Assembly: GCF_001194135.2 (NCBI RefSeq)
Contig: NC_069003.1
Coordinates: 28,081,614 to 28,145,613 of the forward strand
Origin: Octopus bimaculoides
Lineage: Eukaryota
Reading direction: 5' to 3'
Length of the DNA: 64,000 bases
The stretch's first letter is position 1, and each line of letters opens with the position of its first letter. Both the position numbers and the translations under genes were made by a program. The notes beneath the pieces are model-generated. The model searched no databases, was not told where the DNA came from, and worked only from the letters and a program-made list of their open reading frames with translations. Of the stretch, positions 51,174 to 64,000 are shown piece by piece.

Positions 51174-52368
51174 CTGAAGGAAAGAAATAAAGCTTTTATA
51201 TTAAAAGAGGCATTAACGAAGTATTACAAGACAGCAAATCCGAGAATATTTCTTAAATATTCCACATAACTTACAAAGCTCCTTGAATAAATACTCTAAA
51301 AACTGGGAAATCAAGTTCTATAAAAGAGAGAATATTTTCACTATCAAAAGAGGTGGTCAGGTAGTAATTTATTGAAGCATATGCGAATTGATTTGTCTAT
51401 AACTGTGGTTGAAGGAAGATCGATAAAAATATAAATGAAAATTAAGTTACAATTGTAAGGGACATAATTCATGGATTTCGGAACTATTTATAAGGGGAGA
51501 TAACACGTGTTGTATATCATTTCTTGTCAACCTTGTTACAACCTCTGCAATTAATTAAGTTGACTCGAGTGTATAATATATATATATTAGATATAAGCAC
51601 ACTGAATCACTATAGTCAATCTTATTAGTAATGTAAATTGTAAGTAGGTTGGTTCATCACATCAATAAATAATTGTAATGTTCCTAGAATTATTATTAAT
51701 GACATGTTAATATGAATTATTTTTGAATTTTTATTATTCTATTAATGTTATAACGAGAGACAGGTTATCAAACGTCAGGAATAAATAATTGAAAAACAAA
51801 AAAAAAAAAGGTAATATTAAATGCTTATGCACATTAGAGTTCCATGTGGGAAGAAAGATAGTAACCAATGGAATCAATACAGATGTTACTATTGTTACAC
51901 ATTAATGATTTCAAGGATATGGAAAGTAAAAAATTGCACCAAGCTGAATTCCAACTTAATGCACCAAAACTTCAAAGTTGAAAATAGAAGGCATATTGGT
52001 TAATTCATAACTGTATTTGAAAAGATAATCAGGTAGAAAAACAATTAAGTTACTTCAAAATAAGGGTAATGATTCCATTGATAGTATAAAAATGGCTAAA
52101 ACTTCTTATATATCATTTAATATTTAAAAAATAATAATACTAATAATAATGTACACTTCTTAAATAAAGATAATGGGCAGTTTGTTTCCTTTTGATAACC
52201 TTACTCTTGTTTAACCATACTAATTTAGTTCATTAGATTATATTATCTTAAAATTATTGGGAACAAGAAAATAATTTCAATGATAGAAGATGCAGTTTAA
52301 CAACAAAAATTAAAATCATGCTGAGTATTTAATGAAAACTTCATGTGTGTTGAGGTGATCATTCTTAC

Positions 52369-52398
52369 CCGTAGGTCTGGGCTTTCGGGTTGGCATTC
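52369..52398 (-). CDS. 30-nt linker microexon (GMPTRKPRPT)
   Basis: Acceptor aatttttttcag, donor CGG|gtaaga, phase 1-1. Confidence 0.8.
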
Positions 52399-53261
52399 CT
52401 GAAAAAAATTCCACATCAAAAATGTAAATGATATAATGGTATGGTAAAGGATCCAGAAAAAAAAAGTTTTAAAATAATTTTTACTTCAAAAAGATGGCTT
52501 ATATTTAATTTTTCAATTTCAAAATTTTATTTCTAGTCAAGTCAAAGCATTATATCCTGTGAGTAGAAATAAAGTAAAATGATTCCAAACATTTCTGATA
52601 AAGGCTGTGAGAAGACTAGTTCAAATAATCTGAATCAGTAAATCAGGGGCAGATACTACTGTCTCACTTTTTAACCTGATATTCTGTTTGTTCTTGTATT
52701 GGTGATGAATTTGTTTTCTTTCAGATAATCCTCAGAAAGGTAAATGAATTTCTATTTGAATTGGTGGTATTTTCTAGGGCTGATAAAATAAAGTACAATT
52801 CTAGGACAGTAAACTAGTAGTACCATTAGTATTGATTAAGATACCTTAAAGTAATCGTTCTAGCTCTTTGTGCTCTGATTTCAAATCTCATTCTCACCTA
52901 CATGGGTAGCTGATTTAATCTGTTACCCGATCTAATACCACCATTTGGCACTTGGCACCTTTTTTTTTTTTTTTCTGTAGCAGAATTCACTCTATTGCAA
53001 GCATTCTGGAAAGGTCTCTGGTTTGAGGATACCTTCTGTCTTCTTCACCATTCTTGGAGCCCAGAAACGATTCACAAGCAGTACTCGACCCTCTTGACAA
53101 AGATAATTTTTGTATTATTATCATTGGGACTTTATTTTACAATTATTCCATTTACTAGAACTTCCATATGATTTCCAATATTTTCTTAGAATTTATTTCT
53201 AATATACAATTAATGAAATAGAATACAAGAAATCAAACTTCTAGGAGAAGTGGAAACTTAC

Positions 53262-53828
53262 CAAGGCAAATTTCTTTAAACATTTCTGCTTGTAAGCCTT
53301 TGAGGTCATTGAACTCTCTAACTATTAATGTATTTTCTTCTGAAGGTTCTGATGCAATCTTCATAAGTTCATTAGTGTCTGGCAAACCAATACCAATTGC
53401 ATAAATATGAATGTCTTGATTTTTGGTTAGTTCAGCTTCGTCAATTGTGCGGAAAGAATTAATGTTTGAAACACCATCTGTTATAACAAATAGTCTATTC
53501 TGAGCTTCAGGTCGGTCTCCACTCTCTATTCTAAATATTTCACTTCTGATAGTTTTCAAGCCATCGGCTGTATTCGTGCTACCATATCTATAAGGTATTC
53601 TGTCAATTGCTTCGAATATTTCTTCTTTACTTGTATACCTGTTCAGCAGGAACTCAATACGCACATGGGTACTGAAGGTCACAATCGAGACATGAATTGC
53701 ATCAGGTCCAATAACAGCTGTAGATAAGAATTCCTTCACAAATGTAAGAACTCTCTTGAAATTCCTTTCACTTACACTCGTTGAAGAATCAAGAAGGAAG
53801 GCAAGATCATATGACGCAGCGATGCATT
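53262..53828 (-). CDS. VWA3 single-exon domain (ECIAASYDLAFLLDSSTS...KEICL)
   Basis: Acceptor atatag, donor G|gtaagt, 567 nt, phase 1-1. MIDAS intact. Confidence 0.95.
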
Positions 53829-54372
53829 CTATATGCGCAAGGATGAAAAAAAAAAACAAAAAGCATAATTTGTAAAAGTATGTAAATGTTTGGTCTCATA
53901 TGACATTTGAAATAAAAAGTAAGTTTAAAAGATTCATTAACAAATAAATAACAAGAATTTATAAGTATGCAGTTTTTAAAACAATGTTATTAGATACAAA
54001 GAGATAGGCATCATTTCATATATAAAGGCTAATATACTCACATGAAGATTATATAACATCATTACCAGCACTAAATTTTTTATATAAATAGCTCTACATT
54101 TTAACACAATGCCAGTTATTTTCACTTTAGCAAAAGCTAAAATGTGTATGGAGTTTTTTTAAAATAAGCTACTTAAATTAGAAGTGTGTTGAAACTTAGC
54201 ATCTTCATATTTGATTCGGTGTAAATAAATGGAAGTACAATTACAGATGTTTGTATTTAGGATGTTTGTTTGTAATATTTTGTAGCTTTTATAAACTGAC
54301 TTCATACAGTGCAGCATGAAAGTCTGTGTAAGGATTTTCAATGAATCATGGAATCAAGACAATAAAACATAC

Positions 54373-54405
54373 CCGTTGTTGTAATTACTGGTGTTGTTGT
54401 AGGTT
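54373..54405 (-). CDS. 33-nt linker microexon (KPTTTPVITTT)
   Basis: Acceptor ttctttcttcgcag, donor CGG|gtatgt, phase 1-1. Confidence 0.8.
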
Positions 54406-56622
54406 CTGCGAAGAAAGAACAAATGTTGTTTTTTTTCAATGATGTGCAATGTAGATGAATTGGAAAGAATGCAAGATGCAGGCAGGATTTGGTGTAGCAT
54501 TGGGTGAGGCATTGACAAATGATTTGCATTTATTGTGAAATTATGTATACTTGTAATAAAATTAAAATATGAAGTGCTTGTGGACGTGAAAATGTAATGA
54601 ATTGAAAAGGAAAAATAAGTTGCACTAAAATAACATCATACAACTGTAATTTAATGAAAAGTGTGACTAAAAATGTTTGTTTTGCCTTTGTGGCCAAGAC
54701 CATGCCATGGCACTTGGCTAAAAATGTAGAAATGTGACCTTTTCTTAAAATGAAGAACAAATTAAACTCAATACATTCAAATAGGAATTATATATTAAAA
54801 CTTTAATTTATTAATAATAATGGGTGTAGAAATAACTAGATTATAGCATTAATAAAGACTGGTCTTGTAGACATATTTTTTAATGTTTCCAGTTTATATA
54901 ATGTTTTTTATTTCAGTCAATTCTGAAATCACCCTTAGTATCTATCTTTCAAATGAAACTAACAATAAACTAATTAAACTTAAGTTTTCAAAATCCAACA
55001 GAGAATACTACCAATTAATGTTGCTATGATAATAATTAAACTTTTCCCTAGATTTCTTACAATATTTTCTCTAAACTATTTATTTACAGTTTACCACAGA
55101 AAGAATTTAAGATGTAAAGCAGTATAAGAAATAAATTTGAATATATAATCAATATTTTGAAATATTTTAATGAGAAGAGTTTTATTCTTTTGTTGCTTAT
55201 AACAAGGTTATGTAACATGTAGCTACTATAATTCGCAATACTATGATTTATGATTTTGAAAACCATATTCATAGATCAGGAATATCTTGTCAAAGCAAAT
55301 GTGCAAAGAAATAAGATATTCTATATAGTTCAGAATTGAATGTTGATTTCAAAATCACAAATTCCTCTTTGTCATATTTTCAGGATTTCTAGTTAAAAAC
55401 AGAAATATTTCAAATGTTCCTTTATGTAATTCATTGTTTACTGATCTCTGCACTATTTAAAAATTAAAGCAATATTATCTTTGTTACTGTCCAAGCTATG
55501 CAGGTCTAGCCAACAATCCTATTAGTAAAAACAGTACACTTAGATTACTGCAGTCAATGTACGTTTTATGAAATATTATTTTAATCAACCTTATTCAATG
55601 AATATTTTATAAATGTGTTATAAAGAAATCTCAAATATATAAAGAAGAGAACATATCAAATACAGTGTATGCCTTGATTTTTCATTTTAATGTAGGCTTC
55701 ATGCATAGAAAATAATATGGCTTACAAAGATTTTAATAGTAAGATACAAAGGCTCATAATGGGAGTGTGGATAAGTTGGTGTTTTCTACAGTTGTAATTC
55801 TATCCATAGTATTCTGATTTTAGCAGTAAATTAATTAATTTTGTTGATCAGTTAATGAGATGAGTGAGCAGATAAATGAAGTGATGCAGTGGTGAATGGT
55901 GGGATGATGAAATATTTGAAAATTAATGGATTGCTTAATCATTTGATATCAAGATGTATCCTTTTCGACTGAAAATTACTGAATAAATAGCTAAGACAAC
56001 TTGTTTTGCTCTATCCTTAATTGTACCTAACTGAAGATGATACTGTCAATGATACAGTTTTTACTCTACTCTTTTACTTGTTGTACATTTTAAGAATTAT
56101 ATTATTAAATCCTGTGCTATTTTTAATTCAGTGACAGGTTCAGAAAACCATGTAAAGCTGGTTTGAAATTCATAAGTTGTAAAATGATTTTAACATTTCA
56201 AAAATTATTTTAATCTATAGATTAAAATAATTTTTGAAATGTTAAAATCACAGTCTTTTTATCCCTGTAGTTCATTTATCCATGTATGTAGTAATATTGT
56301 AATATCATATAAACCCTTGACCCGTATATCCAAAAGGTTGGAATAAATTAATGATTGTTAGATAATTATATGAGATTGTTCATTGGTTAGTTACTTAAAA
56401 ATTACTCTTTAATTGTATGTTACGATGAGATTTACATCATTATTTAAATATATAATAGTTATTATTCACATTTAAGTAAGAAAATTATTTTCAAGAAGTG
56501 TCCTATAAAATAGATTTACTGTGTAACATAGTGAAATGGTTATTGATACTGATTCCTAACCCCTGCCCTCGCATAATTAGTGACAATGAAGAAGTGCATT
56601 TTATAAAGTAATATAAACATAC

Positions 56623-57183
56623 TTGGTTGAAATTCAGTAAACACCAACTCCTTTAAGCCTTGAAGTTCATCAAAGTTTTGAGCAAGGAATGTATTTTCTT
56701 CCGGAGGTTCAGATACTATTTGGTGCAGCTCACTAAGTTCCACTAGACCCACACCAATGGCATAGATGTGAATGTTTTCCTTTTTAACCAGAGCTGCTTC
56801 ATCAACTGTACGATAAGCATTAACATTGGAAACTCCATCTGTAACCACTATAGCTATATTCTTTGCATCTTCTCTGTCGCCACGTTCTTTCTGGAACATT
56901 ACTTTCCTTATGGTCTCTAAGCCACCAGCTGTATTTGTGCTTCCATACGTGTATGGTATGTTATCAATAGCTTCAAGGATTTCCTTTTTTGTTTCATATG
57001 TATTTAAGTAAAATTGCACATTAATGCTTGTACTGTAAGTAACTATACCAATACGTATGCCATCAGGCCCAAAGTGTGCTTCAGCTAAAAAGTCTTTCAC
57101 AAATGCTAGAACTTTCTTGAAATTTCCTTCATTTACACTTGTTGATGTATCCAGCAGGAATATTATGTCAGAGGGAGCAAATT
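56623..57183 (-). CDS. VWA2 single-exon domain (EFAPSDIIFLLDTSTS...TEFQP), lacking both flanking Cys
   Basis: Acceptor atatag, donor A|gtatgt, 561 nt, phase 1-1. MIDAS intact. Confidence 0.95.
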
Positions 57184-57343
57184 CTATATAATAAATAAAT
57201 TAGGATTAGTTATATATATATATCAAACATAATATACGCAACAAAATGATAATATTTAATATAGATATTTATATTTTTAAAAGTAAAGGTGAGCGTGCAT
57301 GTGTGTGCACATATATGTGTGTGTGTGTGTGTGTGTATATATA

Positions 57344-57719
57344 CCTGCCACTTCATCACCAACGCTACCTCTGTCACAGGGTTTAACCAACACACTCTTT
57401 GCATTCCACACAGTTTCTCTTGCACCTCCTCCAACCTGATCTACTGCATCAGATGTAACTTATGTGACAAAATATACGTGGGTCAGACAGGCCGCCGGCT
57501 GGCCGACCGTTTCACTGAACACCTAAGGGACGTTCGGTTAGGTTCAGATTCCCCCGTCACTTCCACTTGGCCAACCACTCACCCTCTAACATCTCTGTTT
57601 TTGGCCTTGCTCTGCACCATGGATCCACTTCCTCGCGACTCCACTTGGAACTGCGCTATATTTTTAACCTAAAAACAACTTTCCCCTTCGGACTCAACAC
57701 AGCCCCCTCCTCCTTATGA
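57344..57719 (+). mobile_element. Penelope-like retroelement 3' end, GIY-YIG endonuclease remnant
   Basis: CTSSNLIYCIRCNLCDKIYVGQTGRRLADRFTEH, then after a frameshift near 57557 HFHLANH...RLHLELRYIFNLKTTFPFGLN*. This matches the PLE pattern of a GIY-YIG with a CxxC insertion and a terminal PxGLN. Confidence 0.85.
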
Positions 57720-57889
57720 CTGTCTCCTTTATGACAATGCAACACTTTTCTTTATTTTTTCTTTATGTTTTCTCCACTTTTTTTTTTTTAAATATTAACC
57801 CCTCCCCCTTATCCACTTTACCTTATTTCCATTATTCACTATTTTATTACAATTATTACAACTTTTCACAATTTATTTCATCTCTTCCT

Positions 57890-59150
57890 ACACGCACACA
57901 TACCCGCACACACAAAAAAATACTCGCACCCATACACACACATGTATGCACACCTTCCCCCCTTTCACACACCACACATGCATGCACTTACATGCTCAGG
58001 TTCACCCACACACTTATACAAACGCACATACACACGCACACTTGTGCATACACACACACGTTAACAAACACGCATACATACACATACACACACACCTATG
58101 CATACACACCCTTGCACACATAACCCATATATACTCCCATTCACACATACCTCCCACACACCTGACATATATACTGCCCACACACCTGACAAACATGCAT
58201 GCTCTCACACACACATATAGACGAACGCACATATATACACACACACACACACANNNNNNNNNNNNNNNNNNNNNNNNNNNNNNNNNNNNNNNNNNNNNNN
58301 NNNNNNNNNNNNNNNNNNNNNNNNNNNNNNNNNNNNNNNNNNNNNNNNNNNNNNNNNNNNNNNNNNNNNNNNNNNNNNNNNNNNNNNNNNNNNNNNNNNN
58401 NNNNNNNNNNNNNNNNNGCACACACACCTCTCACATACACAACACACACTCACACAAACACGCATACAACTACACACACAAGGGGCATAAATGACACACG
58501 CACTTGCACGCACGTACGTAAGCAAACACATGCACGCACACATACACAGGAACGCACATATACACAACATACACACGCACGAAAACATACACAATATACA
58601 CATACACGCACGCACAAACAAATATACACACACACGCACAAACAAATATACACACACACGCACACAGACACACGACACATACACACACATGTAGAAACGA
58701 ACTCACTTAGACGAACATTCAAATGAACCTACACACACACACCCAGGTGCACATACACACACACAGGTTCACATACATGGACATACACGCAAATGAACCC
58801 GCACATAACTCACATACACACACGAAATAACCCACAGAGCAAACCGCACTCATATACACACACATATATATACACATACACACACGCACACAAAAAATAC
58901 AGGCACACACTGCTAGGAAATCACACCCACACAACACATACTCAAAAACTGCCTGCCTATTTTCTACTAACCATTGTCCACAACCACTCCCAAACTATTC
59001 CTGCTACTAATTCCTTCCACTACGTCTCACACACACACACACACTAACAGATAAACAGCCAAACCACGCACACACACATACATACGTACACACACATTCT
59101 GTTATTACACACACACACACACACACAGACCCCTGCGCACGCACACATAT
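57890..59150. repeat. Long degenerate (CA)-rich simple repeat with assembly gap
   Basis: Directly visible. It accounts for the many H/T- and C/V-rich ORFs here. Confidence 0.95.
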
Positions 59151-59426
59151 TTACCTCCCTCTTTCACTCTCCTGTCTTAGAAAGAACTTTTCCTCCACCA
59201 CTTCCCCTTCCGGTCCTTCCACAATGTAACCTCGTGGACATCGGTGGCGATTTTTCTTCCTCCGTTTTTCCCTTCTTCGAACTTTCCTTGTTTCCAACGA
59301 AGAGCTCCGCTCGAAACGTCATATTCTCTTTCTTTCCTTTCCCGAGCATCTAATAACACTATCTGTATCACGTCCTCACGTTGTTGTTTTTTGTTGTTGT
59401 TTTTTGTCCTTTTCCCTTTATTTGAA

Positions 59427-59466
<40 letters not shown>

Positions 59467-59663
59467 CACTCACACTCACACACACAAATGTATACACACA
59501 CAATGAGTGTAAGTATATTCCCAAAATGCATTATTTTATGGAATAGAAACATTACTCTATACAAACATTGTAGCTGTACAAAATATTGGAGGCAATTTGA
59601 AGTAAGATGTTTTAATATTAACATGATAACGAAATATAATATTGTAACAAACAAGTAACTTAC

Positions 59664-59690
59664 CTGGTTCAGGTGGTGTTGTTGGAGGTT
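59664..59690 (-). CDS. 27-nt linker microexon (EPPTTPPEP)
   Basis: Acceptor tttcttttccccatag, donor CAG|gtaagt, phase 1-1. Confidence 0.82.
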
Positions 59691-60120
59691 CTATGGGGAA
59701 AAGAAAATTCAGCACAAAATTTATAAGTATTTAGACATAATTACATAAGATAAAATTTGTTAAACTTTAGAATTAATAGTTAGATAATGTGAGATAATTA
59801 AAACAAATTATTAATTATACATATGGATATATGTTAGATTTTATTTATTACATTTTTTGTTTTCAAAGAAGAAAATAACTCAGTCAGGTGAGATGTTGAC
59901 AGAACATATCAAAAATATGTTTCAGAAGAAATGCAGGATTAAGACTGCTGATTTTTGTTGTGTATATTTGTCCTTAACATAAGATGGTGTGCACTTGAGT
60001 AAAAATATATGTAAAGAAACTCTTTCAAGAAATTGATCTTTAAGTGTTGTATTTCTCCTCTTAATTGTCTTATAATTCACACACACATTTATCCATAATG
60101 TTTTTGGTAATAAAACTTAC

Positions 60121-60687
60121 CAGAACAGAATTTGGCAAACACCTCTTCTTTTATTTTAACAAGCTCATTGAAATCATCAACTCTAAAACTGTTTTCTGAA
60201 GCTGGTTTCGATGCTATATTTTGTAATTCTGTTTGTTCAGTTAAACGGATACCAATTGCATAAATATGAATTCCTGCTGAATGCGCGCGCAAAGCCTCTA
60301 TTATAGTATATTTTGGTTCAATATTAGAAACCCCATCAGTAAGTACAAGGGCTATGTTAGGTGCATCTTCTCTATCTCCATTTTCAGGTGTGAACATTTT
60401 AGTTCTCATGATTCGCAGAGCTGCTGCAGTATTAGTGTCTCCATATCTATATTCAACATCATCTATAGCAGTAAAAAGTGCACTTTTGGTTGAATATTGC
60501 TTCAGGTGAAACTGAACATGCACATGAGTGCTATAAACTAGAATACCAACACACACACCACCTGAATCAATGTTTGCATCAGACAAAAAGTATTTTGCAA
60601 ACGTGAGCATTTTCTTAAAATCTTTTGCACTGACACTACTTGAAGAATCCAAGAGAAGAACAATATCAGCATGAGATGCTCTGCAGG
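60121..60687 (-). CDS. VWA1 single-exon domain (ACRASHADIVLLLDSSSS...AKFCS)
   Basis: Acceptor ttcctaaactaccag, donor G|gtaagt, 567 nt, phase 1-1. MIDAS intact. Confidence 0.95.
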
Positions 60688-62654
60688 CTGGTAGTTTAGG
60701 AAAAGAAAAAACGAGGTGTTAGTAAGTCGCATTGCGCACTTGATAATCATGCAAAACATCTAATATTTTTCTACGGTATTTTATATCCATGCATAGTATT
60801 TCTAAATAATTTAATATTCATGTATTAGTAGTTTAATATCCATGTTTAACCAATAAATTCATTAAAATAGAAATGTTTTCCAAACTAGAGAAGAAAGTTA
60901 TGGAAATAAGATATAGAAACCAAGGTAAATATTGAAATTGTATTCTGAAATATACTGAAAATGCTTGAATTATGGACAATGCCTACATATTTTATTTTCA
61001 AATTTTAATCAATGAAATTCCTTGATCTTATTCTTATTTTCTTACATTGCATCTTGTATGTTTTTCATTATATATTTGAAATGTCAAAGATGTATGCTTT
61101 TATAATTTTTCTTAATTTATAATTATTTAAATTTCTTTAAACACTAATTTCCAATAAAAAATTGACAAGTTTAGCAATCTACAAACACTGAATAATTATC
61201 AGACAAATTAATATAATTTGTACAGCATCATGGTTAAAATTAACTATCTCTGGTAGAATAAAAAGTAAAAATAGATGATAGTTTTTTATGCAATTTGATA
61301 ATTCATCATCACACACAGTGAATGTATAAACTGCAGTAAAAGAATAATATACTCAATGAATGGCACATAAAAAAATGCTTAATGAATATCACACGAAATC
61401 CTTTATTAGAGTGGAGAGAATGAAGTCTCTACTCTCTTATCTAATTATATTGCCCATGTGTGAACTCTTCAATCAATTTGTAGAATTGTTTTCCTTTTTT
61501 ATGTAGTATTTAGTTTCTGGTTATGTGAGACGTTAACAATCTATTTCAAATTAATGGTTTAGTACAAATTTAAAAATAATGAACATGGTAACAAGGAAAG
61601 CATCTCTATACTAACTTTGACTAAGGGTTTGAAGAGCATAAATGATTAATTCATGAGTTCTATTGAAAAAGGTGAAATAAAAATATCCAATTAGAGGCTT
61701 TTGAAGTTTGTCAAGTAAGAATTTAAATGTAATTTTAATAAGGCAAGCTAAAAAATAAATTTGGTGACATCAAAGATTGTCATTTATAATTTTGATCAAC
61801 TGTATTGCTTATTTCTTTATTCTATGAAGTTGTGCACATCTATCTTTTATAGAATAGTTAGTCATTGGAATAAATACCTTATTGGAGGACATTTCAAATA
61901 CTTTACACAGAACTGAGTCAGGTATATGTCTAATACTATATGAAAGAAGTTATGTTTCAAAATTATTATTTTTGTGTTTTCGATTAAAAGCTTTAGGTGA
62001 AAAGGAATGAAATATATAAGACAATGAAGTAAACAATTTCAGTAATATCTAAAAAGGATGATTAATGGAGAATATATGTTGAGTTATATTTTCAATAGTT
62101 AAATAATGTATACTGTACATACTGTCTCTTTAAAATAGATTGGTTATTAATAAACATGTAATATAAAATAATTCTCTGGAATTAAAAAAAACTAAAATAT
62201 TTTTGAGTTCTAGTAAATCCTTAGAAAGCCTATAATGTCACTAGTGGTTTCATTTTTGAATTAAAGACTTTCTTCTCTGGTATTTTTCTTCATGCATAAA
62301 GTAAATCTTGATAAACATCAAGGAAATTGATAGAAGATAACCTTCAATGTGAATAAATTCAAATATAAAGTTCTTGTTTTACACTATCCAGTTAATCAAA
62401 AATTATTTTTGAATGTTCTCAGAATACAGGGCCATGCCATGTCATACGATAAAAAGGTTAAACAATATCATAAATTTTACTTTACTTTTCATAACTAAAA
62501 AGAATCCAGATTTTACTTCAAGAAATACTTAGTACTGCTGCATTGTTATTAAATAATGATTGAGGCAAAGTGAAAAGATAGTTCTTGATTAGGATATTAT
62601 CTGGTAGAATGTTTTAATTACATCTTAAAATGAGTATTTATGTGGACAACTTAC

Positions 62655-62696
62655 CAGTTGTTGGAACAGGAGTTGTTGGAGGTGTAGTTGGAATTT
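62655..62696 (-). CDS. 42-nt linker microexon (IPTTPPTTPVPTT)
   Basis: Acceptor tcttggttacag, donor CTG|gtaagt, phase 1-1. The gene continues beyond the right edge. Confidence 0.8.
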
Positions 62697-64000
62697 CTGT
62701 AACCAAGATTACCATTTTACCAATCAGTTGATCACACATTGATGCATGTAATTACTTATTATACAAGGATATATTAAAATTAAGAAAAGTTTCTTTGTTA
62801 AACTAAAGCTGATGAAGTCAGGCCAGTTTTAAAATTTATATTTGATTTGAAATGTATGTGACAGCATTATCTTTGACAAATATTTTCTAATCTGTTACAA
62901 CTTAAGTTATATTATCATTCATTAAAACACTATCTTCAGCATTACATTTGTAAGATGTTGAAATATCTTCCTGGAAATACTATTTTCATAAATCTATATG
63001 CATGCTTTCAACTAATTAAATATTTTATGCTTTACAACAAAACTAGACTATTAAGAGAAATTAAGTTTTTAATATTTTTGAGTAAGATATTTTTTTATAC
63101 TTTGTATCGTTTGTTATTCAAATTAAACGATGGAGAATTATTTGTACATTTTAATATGCTACATTAGTCTGCAACTGAGAAGATTTTTTTGTAATACAGT
63201 ATAAAAGGAAAGCAAAATCATTGATTATAATAAACTAAATCTAGTTCAAATACACTCATATAACAAAAGTAAATCATTGATGATATACATGATTTACTCA
63301 GGTTGGGTTTTCGCTACAGGTTGAAACGATGTCACTCTCCTTATTCTACTATTGCCCACATGACCTCACAATTTTTTCTCCACATATTTTATATTTTTCA
63401 TTACATAGCAGCTCAATGTTTTTTAACTGTTGACTACTTCAGTCAAAAACAACCAAAAATAACTGGAAGATGTCTAATCTCACGATGAAATATTTTCTGA
63501 TATCAAATAGTACTAAAATTTTAGTTTATCTGTTTCTCATCCTTCTCTTGAGATCAGGAAGATGGAATTGATTAGTATATTAGAAGAACCATATCTCAAA
63601 CATTCTTTTATAATTCTGTGGTCTAAAAACATTTCTACTATATACACAATTAGCAAAAGTAAAGCAAATATATACTAATACATATTATTATACTAAAACT
63701 GCTATTAGTACATTTAATTTCGCTACAATAATACTATACAGTAAATTGGTGAATACGGTGCATTTCGTAATAATAAAGCTGTGCTGGATTGATGCTTTAC
63801 AATTTACATTATTACTGTCAGACATATAATTCATACTGCTAACACTGGCAGAAATTATAGAAGGGATTTATAGATGTAGGACTTAGAATTAAATATTGTC
63901 ATCAATAAATTTTGAAAATAAACAGATTTAACATAAAATCATAACAAGCATATATTGAAGTTATAGACTAATATTAAGGGAGTTCTTTGGTAACTAACAA

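Noticed and set aside
56876-56884. RGD tripeptide in VWA2 (and KGD in VWA6)
   Set aside because: xGDR is a structural motif in nearly every VWA domain here, so RGD can arise by chance.
57716-59047. Many long His/Thr- and Cys/Val-rich ORFs
   Set aside because: They are translations of the CA/TG microsatellite and N gap, with no splice context or domain.

Overview
AT-rich, microsatellite-rich eukaryotic DNA, most likely octopus (inferred from the tRNA-SINE repertoire, not verified). The whole window lies inside one minus-strand gene whose start and stop codons are both outside it. I traced 32 GT-AG exons that join in frame (about 8.2 kb of CDS, about 2,740 aa). They encode a matrilin/collagen-VI-like extracellular protein with 13 VWA domains, 3 EGF domains, a Thr-rich (TTTRS)n repeat and nine 12-42 nt linker microexons. 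The eight N-terminal VWA domains are each a single phase 1-1 exon. The five C-terminal ones are split by introns and mostly have a degenerate metal-binding (MIDAS) site. Introns hold tRNA-SINEs, a full-length mariner, a hAT element, Tc1-like and RTE remnants, and a Penelope-type GIY-YIG fragment. The most unusual signal is a tRNA-headed SINE family whose two-copy consensus folds into a minimal hammerhead ribozyme, plus two weaker hammerhead-like cores. All four cores lie antisense to the host gene, and the two sense-oriented arms lack the core. All coordinates and folds were read by eye, and no alignment, folding or database search was run.
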